From positions 1 to 32,000 of the forward strand of contig OZ252279.1 in assembly GCA_965250005.1 (NCBI GenBank): 32,000 nt of DNA, given 5' to 3'. Positions within the stretch are counted from its first letter, which is position 1; each line of letters opens with the position of its first letter. Positions 18,426 to 26,255 of the stretch are shown one piece after another. The translations under genes and the position numbers were made by a program. The stretch comes from Demequinaceae bacterium (GTDB taxonomy: Bacteria; Actinomycetota; Actinomycetes; Actinomycetales; Demequinaceae). The notes under the pieces were generated by a model, which ran no database searches, was not told the DNA's origin, and saw nothing but the letters and a program-made list of their open reading frames with translations.

Positions 18426-19376
18426 CTACGAGTTCAACCAAGCCCATGTTGATCTGATTCGCCTCGTTGGAGGGAAGGAACCTCCATTGCAGATAGGGAG
18501 AACCACAAACCGATCAATTCTGTCGAACTTCTCAGCGTCGTCATCGCCCGGCGTCGGCGTTTCCTTTGGAAGCCACGGCAATGGCCGGGCTGAATCGCCT
18601 CGGGTTTGGTGGAGGGCGGGTTCTCCCAGGAGCGGTTGCTCGTGGGGTGTGTTCTCACGGTAGTACAGGTCTTTCTTCTCGATTGGTGTGAGGTATCCAA
18701 TCGAGGAGTGGAGGCGGTTGTCGTTGAACCGGTGGACCCACGACAGCGTCGCGAGTTCGAGTTCGTCGGTCGTGCGGAATGGGCCATCGATTTTCACGCA
18801 CTCGTTCTTGTAGAGTCCGACGACGGACTCAGCGAGGGCGTCGAGTGGCAGCTCGGTGGGCATTCGGTTCGTGGTGCGCCAGCCGACGATTCGCCGGGAG
18901 AACACGTCGGTCACGAACGCAGTGGACGCCATCCCAGACCAGGTCGGCACGTAGGTGAAGTCCACGACCCACAGCTCATTGGGACATTCGGCACGGAAGT
19001 TGCGCTTCACGTGATCCGGTGCTCGGTTTGCTGCCGGATCGGGACGGGTCGTGACGAACTGTTTGCCGCGACGCACCCCGCGAAGCCCCTGAGCCCGCAT
19101 GAGACGCTCCACCGTGCAGCGGGCGGTCACGACACCGTCACGCTTGAGTAGGCGCCACACCTTTCGCGCACCCGAGATCCCGCGACCCTTCGTGCGGTCC
19201 CAGAAGACCCGCTCAATGTGTTCGCGCAACTCTTGATCACGCACCGTCCGCTGCGAGATGGCACGCGTTTTGAACGCGTAGTAAGTAGACGGGGCGATCT
19301 TGACTCCGTGCTCGGTGAGCACCCGGCAGATCGGCTCGACCCCGAAACGAACACGATGCTCGTCGATGAAGTTCAC
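18426..19376 (-). pseudogene. IS3-family transposase OrfB, internally deleted, reading out through the IS end
   Basis: Aligned with the other IS3 OrfB, about 50 aa are missing between LPLDAL and AESVVGLYK, including the HHSD.G.QY block with the second catalytic Asp. There is no stop codon inside the element. The ORF runs through the terminal IR (18591-18616) to 18426. Confidence 0.8.
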
Positions 19377-19754
19377 TAAAACGGAAGTCGCGGGTCGAGC
19401 TCCCGCGCGAAGAAACTTGACGCCGCAAACAAAATATCGTTGGCACGCTTCAACTCACGATTCTCACGCTCGAGATCTTTGATACGGGCCGCGTCGACCG
19501 TGGCGATGCCCCTGACCTCGCCGGCGTCAATGCGCGCCTGTTTCACCCACCCACGCAACCTGTCCGGAATCACCCCCGTGCGATGACCGATACGGATCAC
19601 CGCCGCAATCAACGACAACGACACCTCCTGGCTCATCGCCTCACTTACGAACCGAATGGCCCGATCCCGCAACTCCTGCGGATACTTCCTCGATGCTGGC
19701 ATGACTCCCATCCTTTCGGGAAATCAGACCCTCCACTAAACCCGAGGCGATTCA
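18591..19754 (-). mobile_element. Defective IS3-family element (1164 bp) without target-site duplication
   Basis: Inverted repeats TGAATCGCCTCGGGTTTGGTGGAGGG (18591-18616) and its complement at 19729-19754 (25/26 match). Flanks are GGC versus GTG, so there is no TSD. orfB carries an internal deletion. Confidence 0.85.
19376..19711 (-). CDS. IS3-family transposase OrfA
   Basis: SRKYPQELRDRAIRFV...IKDLERENRELKRANDILFAASSFFARELD. Confidence 0.85.
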   Translation of the reverse strand: MGVMPASRKYPQELRDRAIRFVSEAMSQEVSLSLIAAVIRIGHRTGVIPDRLRGWVKQARIDAGEVRGIATVDAARIKDLERENRELKRANDILFAASSFFARELDPRLPF

Positions 19755-20713
19755 GTGCCAGCTTCCTTGTACCCGGCAGGTACTGGACTGAGGCCGAGCT
19801 GGACATGTGCTTCGTTGCTGAGCAGCACCCCGGCAGGAACGTGATACTGCCGATATTTCACCAAGTCGAGCCCGCCGCAGTGCGGGAAGCGAACCTCAAT
19901 CTCGGGGGGCGTCTGGGTGCCCTAACCCAGCGCGGTGGTCGCCTCGACGTCGACGGGGTGGCCTCCGACATCCTGAAGGCCATCGATCCGCGCGCCGCTC
20001 AGCAGCGCCAAGAGTCGTTGCTCGAGTTGGGTCGAGCCTGGCGGGACCAGATCTCCATCGTCGCGAGCGAACTCGCAAGCGGTCGCGACGTGCCCACGCG
20101 TGTTCATGCGGCGAAGCGTTTGGCCGAGACGGCCGATCGCACTTTCGGGTCGCGCAGGCAGGAGTGCGTCGACGAGTTGTGTTCATTCGTTCGGAGGGCG
20201 TCCCTCGCGCCCGACGAGAGGGAGGTGCAGCACGGCGCCCTCCGCGAGATCAAGGCCCGCCTTGCGAGAGACCGCGACCCCGAGACCGCGTGGCACTCGC
20301 TGCACTTAGATTTCACGCGCGCCCAGTTCGACGAGCTTGACTTCATGAACATCGCTATCCGCGGCGGACTGATGGACTTCTACCAGGCGAGCTTTGATAG
20401 GAACTACTTCAGTTTCTTCAGGCTTGACGTGGACTGTCCGCTTGCCGCGCAGGGCGTGTACTTCGGTGGCGTCGAACTGAGGCGGGGTGTCTTGTACTTT
20501 GACGGTGCACAGGCGCGGCAAGGCACCGTTGACTTCAGCGGCATGTCGTTTCAAGGCGGCGGACTGCAGTTTCGCGGGAGCACATTCTCGCCCGGCGTCA
20601 GCACGCGGGACGGCACGCCGTTCCCGAGCCTCCCCGCCGACGTAGGCGACCAAGTGGTGCGGATTGGCGGCGACGGGCTCGTGCGCACCTATCACGACGG
20701 GTTTGATACCTAA
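19755..20713 (+). pseudogene. 5'-truncated TIR-domain / pentapeptide-repeat protein gene
   Basis: Directly at the IS end the frame reads SASFLVPGRYWTEAELDMCFVAEQHPGRNVILPIFHQVEPAAVRE...LGALT......VDGVASDILKAI. This is the C-terminal half of a bacterial TIR domain, including the W..E.L helix. Next comes a helical linker (VHAAKRLAE...CVDELCSFVRR), then pentapeptide-like repeats (LHLDFTRAQFDELDFMNIAIRGGLMDFYQASFDR...VYFGGVELRRGVLYFDGAQARQGTVDFSGMSFQGGGLQFRGSTF). The N-terminal TIR half and the start codon are absent. Confidence 0.7.
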
Positions 20714-20723
20714 CTGTCTCCAC

Positions 20724-21935
20724 CTAGACCGTTGTGTCGTCCACCGGCGCGACCAGTGCTTCTACAATTTCGGTAGCGGCGTACTTCCGGCCGTAATTCC
20801 CCCCAGTCGTTTCGGCGAGATACCCGCGCGCAACGAACCGATCGATCGCTTTGCCAGCGGCGACCTTCGAGCACTCAAGTTCGCGCGCGACCGATGCGAC
20901 GGTGACGAACGGCGAGCGAACCAGGAGGTTTGGTAGCCGCAATTTGAGTGTCCCGCTTCGGCCTCCCTGCGCAGAAGCCACCATGGCTTCAGCAATCGTT
21001 TGGACGCGCGCAATGCGGTGCTCAACGTCGCGCGCGGACAGTCGCACGGCCTGCGCGAAGAACTCCACCCAGCCTGACCAGTCCCCGGTCGCGGACACTT
21101 CGTACAGGCGATCACGGTATTCCGAGTCGTGACGTTCGAGCCAGGGTGAGATTGTCAGAAGCGGTTCGCTCAGAATTCCGCGCTCGAGGAGGCTGCGGAC
21201 GACGAGCATGCGGCCGATGCGTCCGTTCCCGTCAGTGAACGGGTGGAGGGACTCAAATTGATAGTGCGCGAGTGCGGCATCAGCGATCGGGTCTCGCTCA
21301 GCGCGACCGGAAGCGTTTCCCCACTCCACCAGCGCGCCGAGTGCAGCTTCGAGACCGATTCCCGGGGGCATGGGCACAAAACGTGCATCCTCGACGGAGC
21401 TTGTTGGGCTGCCAATCGCGACTTGGGTGGTGCGAACTTTTCCTGGGTCGCGTTGGCCGGAAGGGGTGTCGCGGACCAGCATGCCTTGGAGTTCGCAGAT
21501 ATGGCCGAGTGTCAGTCGGCGTTTCTTCTTGGCGAGATCGAAGGCGTAGGTCGCTGCCTTCACGTAGTTGAAGATTTCGCGCATCGCGGTTGATGGCGCA
21601 TTTTTGTCATCGTAGTCGAGCGCGAGGACCTCTCGCATGGGCTCGAACGTACCTTCGAGCGCCGACGTCGACTGAGCCTCGCGTCGAAGCAGCGGCGCTG
21701 ACATCCAGCCACCAAGATCCTTGGCGCCGGCAATCTTAACGATTTGATCTAGGCGCGCCACGCCCTCGCGGGCGTCAGCAAGGGCCTTCCACGCCGACTG
21801 CGAGAGGTTCGGCATTGCGTCCAAGTTATGCGGTACGAAGCCTGCGTGTTGGTATGCGTTCCCACTTCGTGCGTCTGTACCCGCAATCGTCGTCAGATTT
21901 CCGGTCGGGCTCGTCTTCATCGTTTCTAGGTCCAC
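20724..21935 (-). CDS. Fic family protein (AMPylase-type, class II with N-terminal inhibitory motif, C-terminal wHTH)
   Basis: Canonical Fic motif HPFTDGNGRIGR. Upstream [ST]xxxE[GN] motif TSALEG. Length about 400 aa. Start is GTG 21935 or ATG 21920. Confidence 0.9.
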   Translation of the reverse strand: MDLETMKTSPTGNLTTIAGTDARSGNAYQHAGFVPHNLDAMPNLSQSAWKALADAREGVARLDQIVKIAGAKDLGGWMSAPLLRREAQSTSALEGTFEPMREVLALDYDDKNAPSTAMREIFNYVKAATYAFDLAKKKRRLTLGHICELQGMLVRDTPSGQRDPGKVRTTQVAIGSPTSSVEDARFVPMPPGIGLEAALGALVEWGNASGRAERDPIADAALAHYQFESLHPFTDGNGRIGRMLVVRSLLERGILSEPLLTISPWLERHDSEYRDRLYEVSATGDWSGWVEFFAQAVRLSARDVEHRIARVQTIAEAMVASAQGGRSGTLKLRLPNLLVRSPFVTVASVARELECSKVAAGKAIDRFVARGYLAETTGGNYGRKYAATEIVEALVAPVDDTTV

Positions 21936-21977
21936 ATTGAAACTCTAGCGCCCTAAAAGTTAATTTGGATCGGGAGA

Positions 21978-22274
21978 TTGAAACTTTCACGTCAACAAGT
22001 GCTTCCGGCGAAAGCAATCGACTCGGCCAGTCTCAACTATGACCTCGTCGTTCAGTATCTCGTCTTTGGTGTCTCCCATATTTTCGTAGTGAACTTCATC
22101 GCTGTGATCTTCGTCCGTTGGCCTGCCAACGGCGTGATCTTCGTGCTTCTTGTTCTTGTTCTTGCGTCAGTACGTCTACCGATCTCGACGAGTCGTCGCG
22201 GTCTTGGCTTCGCTTGCGCTAGCATCGTGAAGCTCAACCCAGAGCCCACTGATGCAGAGGATTGTGAGCCTTAG
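21978..22274 (+). CDS. Possible small two-TM membrane protein in an AT-richer spacer
   Basis: 98-codon ORF with a TTG start. Hydrophobic stretches YLVFGVSHIFVVNFIAVIFV and GVIFVLLVLVLASV. The codon-aligned antisense frame is also largely open. No homology recognised. Confidence 0.25.
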   Translation: MKLSRQQVLPAKAIDSASLNYDLVVQYLVFGVSHIFVVNFIAVIFVRWPANGVIFVLLVLVLASVRLPISTSRRGLGFACASIVKLNPEPTDAEDCEP

Positions 22275-22306
22275 ACGCCAACGCTCTGTGGCGGTAGCGT
22301 CGTGAT

Positions 22307-22507
22307 ATGCGTCCACCCATTTGCGAGGTCTGCGACGCCGAGGTGGATCCGGCCGACGGCCTGGTGCGCTGCGCGCCCACGCCGGCGAGCATCGAGTGGC
22401 ACGCGCCCGCTGCGCGCGAGCTCGCCGTCGGGCACGCGCTCGGAGAGGTGATCCGCACCATCCGCGAGACCGACGCCCCGCGACGGCGCCCGCTGCCGGG
22501 CCCGTGA
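22307..22507 (+). CDS. Small Cys-containing hypothetical protein
   Basis: ATG start and high GC3. CxxC...C arrangement (PICEVCDAEVDPADGLVRC). Its stop overlaps the next start (GTGA at 22504-22507). Confidence 0.45.
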   Translation: MRPPICEVCDAEVDPADGLVRCAPTPASIEWHAPAARELAVGHALGEVIRTIRETDAPRRRPLPGP

Positions 22508-22931
22508 CTGACGCATCGGCCGCGGGGCACCTGGCCTTTGACGACATGAACCACCTGCACCGCACCCTGCGCGAGCTGCTGCCCACGCTTGCGGCGCTGG
22601 CCGGGCTGGACCCCGCGAGCATCGACCGCACGCTCACGCGCGACTGGTCGCCCGTGGACGGCGCAGTGCCGCCCAACTGCCCGTACTCGGAGACGACGCT
22701 GCGCACGGCATCGGCGGGCGAGACCACCCTGTCGCTTCAGTTTGAGGCGGCGCACTGGAGCGAGGACGACTGCGCGCGCACGTCCCTGACGCTCAGCCTC
22801 GCGGGCGCGGGGGAGCGCGACTACCGGGTGAGCGCGTGGAGCCCGGCGGCGGGGCGCCCTACGTGGTGGAGGCGATCGATGTTTCGGGGGTGGTGCCGGG
22901 GGAGTTGGCGGATGTGCTTGGCTTCCAATAG
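22504..22931 (+). pseudogene. Hypothetical protein, translationally coupled to 22307-22507, with an apparent frame switch near 22845-22860
   Basis: GTG 22504 opens VTDASAAGHLAFDDMNHLHRTLRELLP...TLTRDWSPVDG...ERDYRVSAWSPAAG. After the G-rich run ggcggcggggcgccc, the protein-like high-GC3 frame is ...APYVVEAIDVSGVVPGELADVLGFQ* ending at 22929-22931. The length is not a multiple of 3. Confidence 0.35.
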
Positions 22932-22976
22932 CGCCCCACCCGACTGGTGGGCGCTTGGATGTGGCACGATCGGCCT

Positions 22977-23243
22977 ATGCGAGAAATCAGACGCGTTGTC
23001 CGCGTTACATACGATGAAGACGCTGACGCCGCGTATATCTACCTAACGGATTCGGAATTGCCCGCTGTTAGGGACACAGTCGCTTTCGACCCGCCGGGCG
23101 TCATCGGCTTCACCGCGGCGGCTGACTGGAAAGACGAGCGCCTCGCGGGTATTGAAATTCAGGGCGCGTCGAAGCGTCTGTTCGCAGATCTGCTAGTTGG
23201 AACGGACGCGGACGAGGCGAACGGCAGAGTGCCGCGCGGCTAG
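22977..23243 (+). CDS. DUF2283-like small protein
   Basis: MREIRRVVRVTYDEDADAAYIYLTD... matches the characteristic YD.e.DalYi.l N-terminus of DUF2283 proteins. Confidence 0.6.
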   Translation: MREIRRVVRVTYDEDADAAYIYLTDSELPAVRDTVAFDPPGVIGFTAAADWKDERLAGIEIQGASKRLFADLLVGTDADEANGRVPRG

Positions 23244-23390
23244 ACGTCCCACCTGACACCGGCTGGTTCAGTTAGACACACGTGCTCGCGGCGCAAGAAA
23301 TCTCGGCCGAGCACCACCTGGGCGATGTGGTCTGCACGCTCACGCGCGACTGGGCGCCGGCGGGCTCCGCGATGCGCGGGAGCGCGACTA

Positions 23391-23417
23391 CCGGGTGAGT
23401 TGAGGGATCTCACCCGG
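23391..23417. other. Perfect 9-bp hairpin (CCGGGTGAG-9 nt-CTCACCCGG) at the end of a partial duplicate of 22628-22832
   Basis: Read directly from the sequence. Left arm 23391-23399, right arm 23409-23417. Confidence 0.7.
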
Positions 23418-23471
23418 TGAGTAAGTGGTCTCACTGGGCGGAGGCGACGTTCTTCTCGTAGTGTCGAGAAC

Positions 23472-23789
23472 ATGGGAGATTCCTGGGACGAGGTGCTGCG
23501 GCTTCGGCGGGCGTACCTGCTGGCACCGTTCCCGGATCGCCTGCAATACGAGGTCGCTGGCGTGAATCTCGTGGTTGTCGAGGAGGAGCTCTGGGGGTAT
23601 GTGAGCCAGGCCACCAGGACCCGTTCCGGCACAGTCACGCTCACGCGGAACGCGCTTGATTCGCTTCTCGCCGATCTCATCCGAATCGAACCAATGCTCG
23701 CCGACGACGTGCTCGATTTCTTCTCGCTGGCACGCGAACTTGCGCAAGCCACGGTTGACGCGTTGGCGGCGCCCGGGGGCGGGAAGTAG
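23472..23789 (+). CDS. Hypothetical protein (105 aa)
   Basis: ATG start with protein-like composition (MGDSWDEVLRLRRAYLLAPFPDRLQYEVAGVNL...). No family recognised. Confidence 0.45.
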   Translation: MGDSWDEVLRLRRAYLLAPFPDRLQYEVAGVNLVVVEEELWGYVSQATRTRSGTVTLTRNALDSLLADLIRIEPMLADDVLDFFSLARELAQATVDALAAPGGGK

Positions 23790-23796
23790 TCGCGGC

Positions 23797-23911
23797 GAAC
23801 GCGGATCGCGGTGCCAGCCTGGACGGGCACTGCCTGGTGGTCGAGCACCATCACGCCCTCGCTGTCCAGGAGCAGGTAGAGCTCATCGAGGACCGCGTGT
23901 GAGTGTCAGTA
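23797..23911 (-). pseudogene. Cupin-domain gene fragment (paralogue of the C-terminal cupin of 26212-27117)
   Basis: Minus-strand translation Y*HSHAVLDELYLLLDSEGVMVLDHQAVPVQAGTAIRV aligns with HYWHSHAVLDELYLFLDGEGVLALDDELIPVRAGTAIRV of the bicupin. The Trp codon is replaced by TGA. No upstream or downstream continuation. Confidence 0.75.
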
Positions 23912-23956
23912 GTCAGCGCAGGCGGCGGGCCCGGGGCTCGCTTGGCGGGGCAGGGC

Positions 23957-24754
23957 ATGATGGGAGCCATGCGCATCGTGTCGATCGGGGACAGCTTCAC
24001 GGAGGGTGTGGGGGACAAGCGGCCGGACGGCACCCCGGTGGGCTGGGCCGACCGCGTGGCCATGGGCCTCGCAGCCGCCCACCCGGACCAGGAAGTCTGG
24101 TACGCCAACCTTGCCGTTCGTGGGCGTTTGATCGACCCCATCGTGAATGGCCAGCTCGATGCCGCGCTCGCGCTCGAACCGCCACCCACGCACCTGACTT
24201 TCAACGGCGGCGGCAACGACATGCTGCGACCCGGCTACTCTGACGCGCACATGATCGCACTGCTGACCCGCGTGCTCGACGCCTGCGCTGCTGCGGGTGT
24301 CAGCGTGGTCCTGTTGAGTGGCCCCGACCCATCCGAGGGCATCCCTCCGGGCAAGCGCATGCGCGAACTCAGCACTCGACTCACGGCGATTGTCGAAGAG
24401 ATCGTCGCCAAGCGCGATGGGGTCATCTACGTGGACAACTTCGGAGACCTGGAGTCGCGCAAAGTGCCGTACTGGTCCGCCGACCGGCTGCACCTGAACG
24501 CGCTGGGGCACCAACGCGTCGCCAGCCGCGTGCTCACTGCCATGGGGGTTCCAACCGCCGCGCCGGCGCTGGACCCGAAGTTAGCCGCCCGCCGCGGGGT
24601 GCTGGGCGCGATCTGGTTCTGGGCGGTATACGTGCTGCCGTGGTTTGGGCGCAGACTGTTGAGAAAGTCCTCGGGCGACGGGCGCCAGGCCAAGTTCCCC
24701 ACCTGGGTGCGAGTACCTGCGAACGGTGAGCCGCTCCGCGGTGCTGGCCCGTAG
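23957..24754 (+). CDS. SGNH/GDSL-family hydrolase with C-terminal hydrophobic segment
   Basis: Block I IVSIGDSFTEG, block III NGGGNDML, block V DRLHLN. Start is ATG 23957 or 23969; GTG 23903 would overlap the cupin remnant. Confidence 0.85.
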   Translation: MMGAMRIVSIGDSFTEGVGDKRPDGTPVGWADRVAMGLAAAHPDQEVWYANLAVRGRLIDPIVNGQLDAALALEPPPTHLTFNGGGNDMLRPGYSDAHMIALLTRVLDACAAAGVSVVLLSGPDPSEGIPPGKRMRELSTRLTAIVEEIVAKRDGVIYVDNFGDLESRKVPYWSADRLHLNALGHQRVASRVLTAMGVPTAAPALDPKLAARRGVLGAIWFWAVYVLPWFGRRLLRKSSGDGRQAKFPTWVRVPANGEPLRGAGP

Positions 24755-24846
24755 CGAGAAGACGAGAAGCGATCGTTCATGGTCGCAGCCGTCAATGACT
24801 TGGGCCACGTCGCCGAGGCGTTCCTGCGGCTACGTGGGATGCCTGC

Positions 24847-25173
24847 TCAGCGCATCGCGTGGAACCAGCTGCCTTCGAAATCTCGATCGACTGTCTCCCG
24901 AGCCTGGACTACATAGGAACTGGCGGCCAACTCGGTGGCCGGAAGCCCCGCGCCCTTGAGGGCTTCATCAACAGCGTCTTGCAGGTCGAACTCGAGTTGC
25001 AGGGCGTCACGGCGATCGTCGGTCCCTGTGCAGAGGCAAGCGGCCACACCTGGAATGTCAGGGAACGCGGCAATCCACTTCACGTCATCAACGCCGCGAG
25101 ACTTGAGGCGGGCCAGCAGCTCGATGCCAGCGGCTTCAAGAATCCACCACTTCGACGCGTCCGTGGAACCCAT
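24847..25173 (-). CDS. Hypothetical protein (108 aa)
   Basis: ATG start with reasonable GC3. No family recognised. Confidence 0.45.
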   Translation of the reverse strand: MGSTDASKWWILEAAGIELLARLKSRGVDDVKWIAAFPDIPGVAACLCTGTDDRRDALQLEFDLQDAVDEALKGAGLPATELAASSYVVQARETVDRDFEGSWFHAMR

Positions 25174-25655
25174 ACTTCAAGCCTAGCGCACCCGCGTGGG
25201 AATGGGCGGGATCTGAGTGGCCCGGTGTCGCTGGGCTGCCAAAGCAAGAGGGTCTCGAGGTGCTGTCGCGAAGCGGTGACTGACATACCCGCCGTCCGGC
25301 ATCGGCGCGGCGCTATCGTAGTCGGGACAGTGAGAGGGGACCCCGTGGCTGGTGAGATTCCCGTGTCAGTGGGCGCGGCCGGAGTGCGTCGGCGCGTGCT
25401 CGTACATTTCACCGTCACGTATTTTGCGGTCATGCTTTTCTGGCCGTGTGCGCTCTGGACAGTGATCGCGTACGCCTTCACGCGCCTTGAAGCGCACACA
25501 CCGAGCTTGGTGATCTGGGCTATCGGCGGCGCCACAGTCGGGGCGCGGCGTCACGCGGTAGTGGCGGCTGCCTCGATTCGGTCGTCTTTGCGATCAGTTT
25601 GCGCCTCGCCTCCAGCAGCCTCGTTTGCGTAGCTAGGGCGCTGTAGCGTCGGGGC

Positions 25656-25973
25656 ATGAATCGATCAGTATTCGCACTCGCGTTCGCGTTACCGATGTTA
25701 CTGGGCGCATGTTCCAGTCCAGATGATTTGGAAGCGCCCGGCACCATGGACGCGGAGATGAGTGCACGGCTCGACTCCCTAGATGCGGCAGTCGCGGACT
25801 GGCGCGATGCAGCATCGCTCCCCGAGGCGCACACCGCCCCGGAGGAGGCATGCAACCTCGTCGTCGGCCCCGGTGGTCCGCTCTATGGAGACGCCGATGG
25901 CGACGGGGTGGCCCAAGGCCAAAACGGCATCGGCCTATTGCCCGGGAAGGGCGGCGAGGCTGGCCTGGCTTAA
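25656..25973 (+). CDS. Putative lipoprotein (possibly the 5' part of a gene interrupted by an in-frame TAA)
   Basis: Signal peptide with lipobox MNRSVFALAFALPMLLGAC. Stops at TAA 25971-25973. The same frame continues as ORF 25977-26255. Confidence 0.6.
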   Translation: MNRSVFALAFALPMLLGACSSPDDLEAPGTMDAEMSARLDSLDAAVADWRDAASLPEAHTAPEEACNLVVGPGGPLYGDADGDGVAQGQNGIGLLPGKGGEAGLA

Positions 25974-25976
25974 GCG

Positions 25977-26255
25977 GTGACCGTCAATACGTGTGTGGAG
26001 GCTGACGTGCTCGGCGGCTCGTGGGACGACGCTGCGGGCCGGTGGGGCATCGCGCAGACCGCGTATGGCGAGTGGACGCGGTCCCACAACACGATGCCTT
26101 CGCTACTGAGCCATCCCCAGCGCGTGGTGGGGTGGGCGACGTTCACGCTCGCGACCGACAGCCTGGACGAGGCGCGCGAGTACGCGGGGCACGCGGAGAT
26201 TCATGCGCGACTCACCAGGGCAGCGGGATCTCCGGATACATGGTTGCGTCTTTGA
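25977..26255 (+). CDS. Hypothetical protein, or the 3' part of the preceding lipoprotein gene
   Basis: GTG lies one codon after the TAA, in the same frame. High GC3. The 3' end overlaps the bicupin gene convergently by 44 nt. Confidence 0.4.
   Translation: MTVNTCVEADVLGGSWDDAAGRWGIAQTAYGEWTRSHNTMPSLLSHPQRVVGWATFTLATDSLDEAREYAGHAEIHARLTRAAGSPDTWLRL

Noticed and set aside
18250-18590. Search for the missing N-terminal half of the TIR gene, or any gene, left of the defective IS
   Set aside because: All six frames give only short ORFs (for example MVRMGRVGREWLVQVGRHFGYVR*). No (D)VFISH-type TIR start was seen. The region is left unannotated as probable remnant DNA.
16666-18663. 665-aa plus-strand ORF
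   Set aside because: It is an antisense shadow of pepN, with low-complexity Gly/Arg/Val/Asp-rich translation and no motifs. pepN on the opposite strand has GAMEN and HEXXH motifs.
22052-22249. 65-aa highly basic minus-strand ORF, and a codon-aligned minus-strand frame encoding ...KNKNKKHEDHAVGRPTDEDHSDEVHYENMGDTKDEILNDEVIVETGRVDCFRRKHLLT
   Set aside because: The basic ORF has poor codon bias. The more protein-like antisense frame has an upstream stop and only a late ATG (30 codons). I cannot decide between these and the plus-strand 21978-22274 ORF, so only the latter is listed, at low confidence.
25363-25632. Possible small membrane protein (VSVGAAGVRRRVLVHFTVTYFAVMLFWPCALWTVIAYAF...)
   Set aside because: GC3 is only moderate, the start and RBS are unclear, there is no similarity to the WWxDH family, and it is embedded in a longer shadow ORF (24859-25632). 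Evidence is insufficient to call it.
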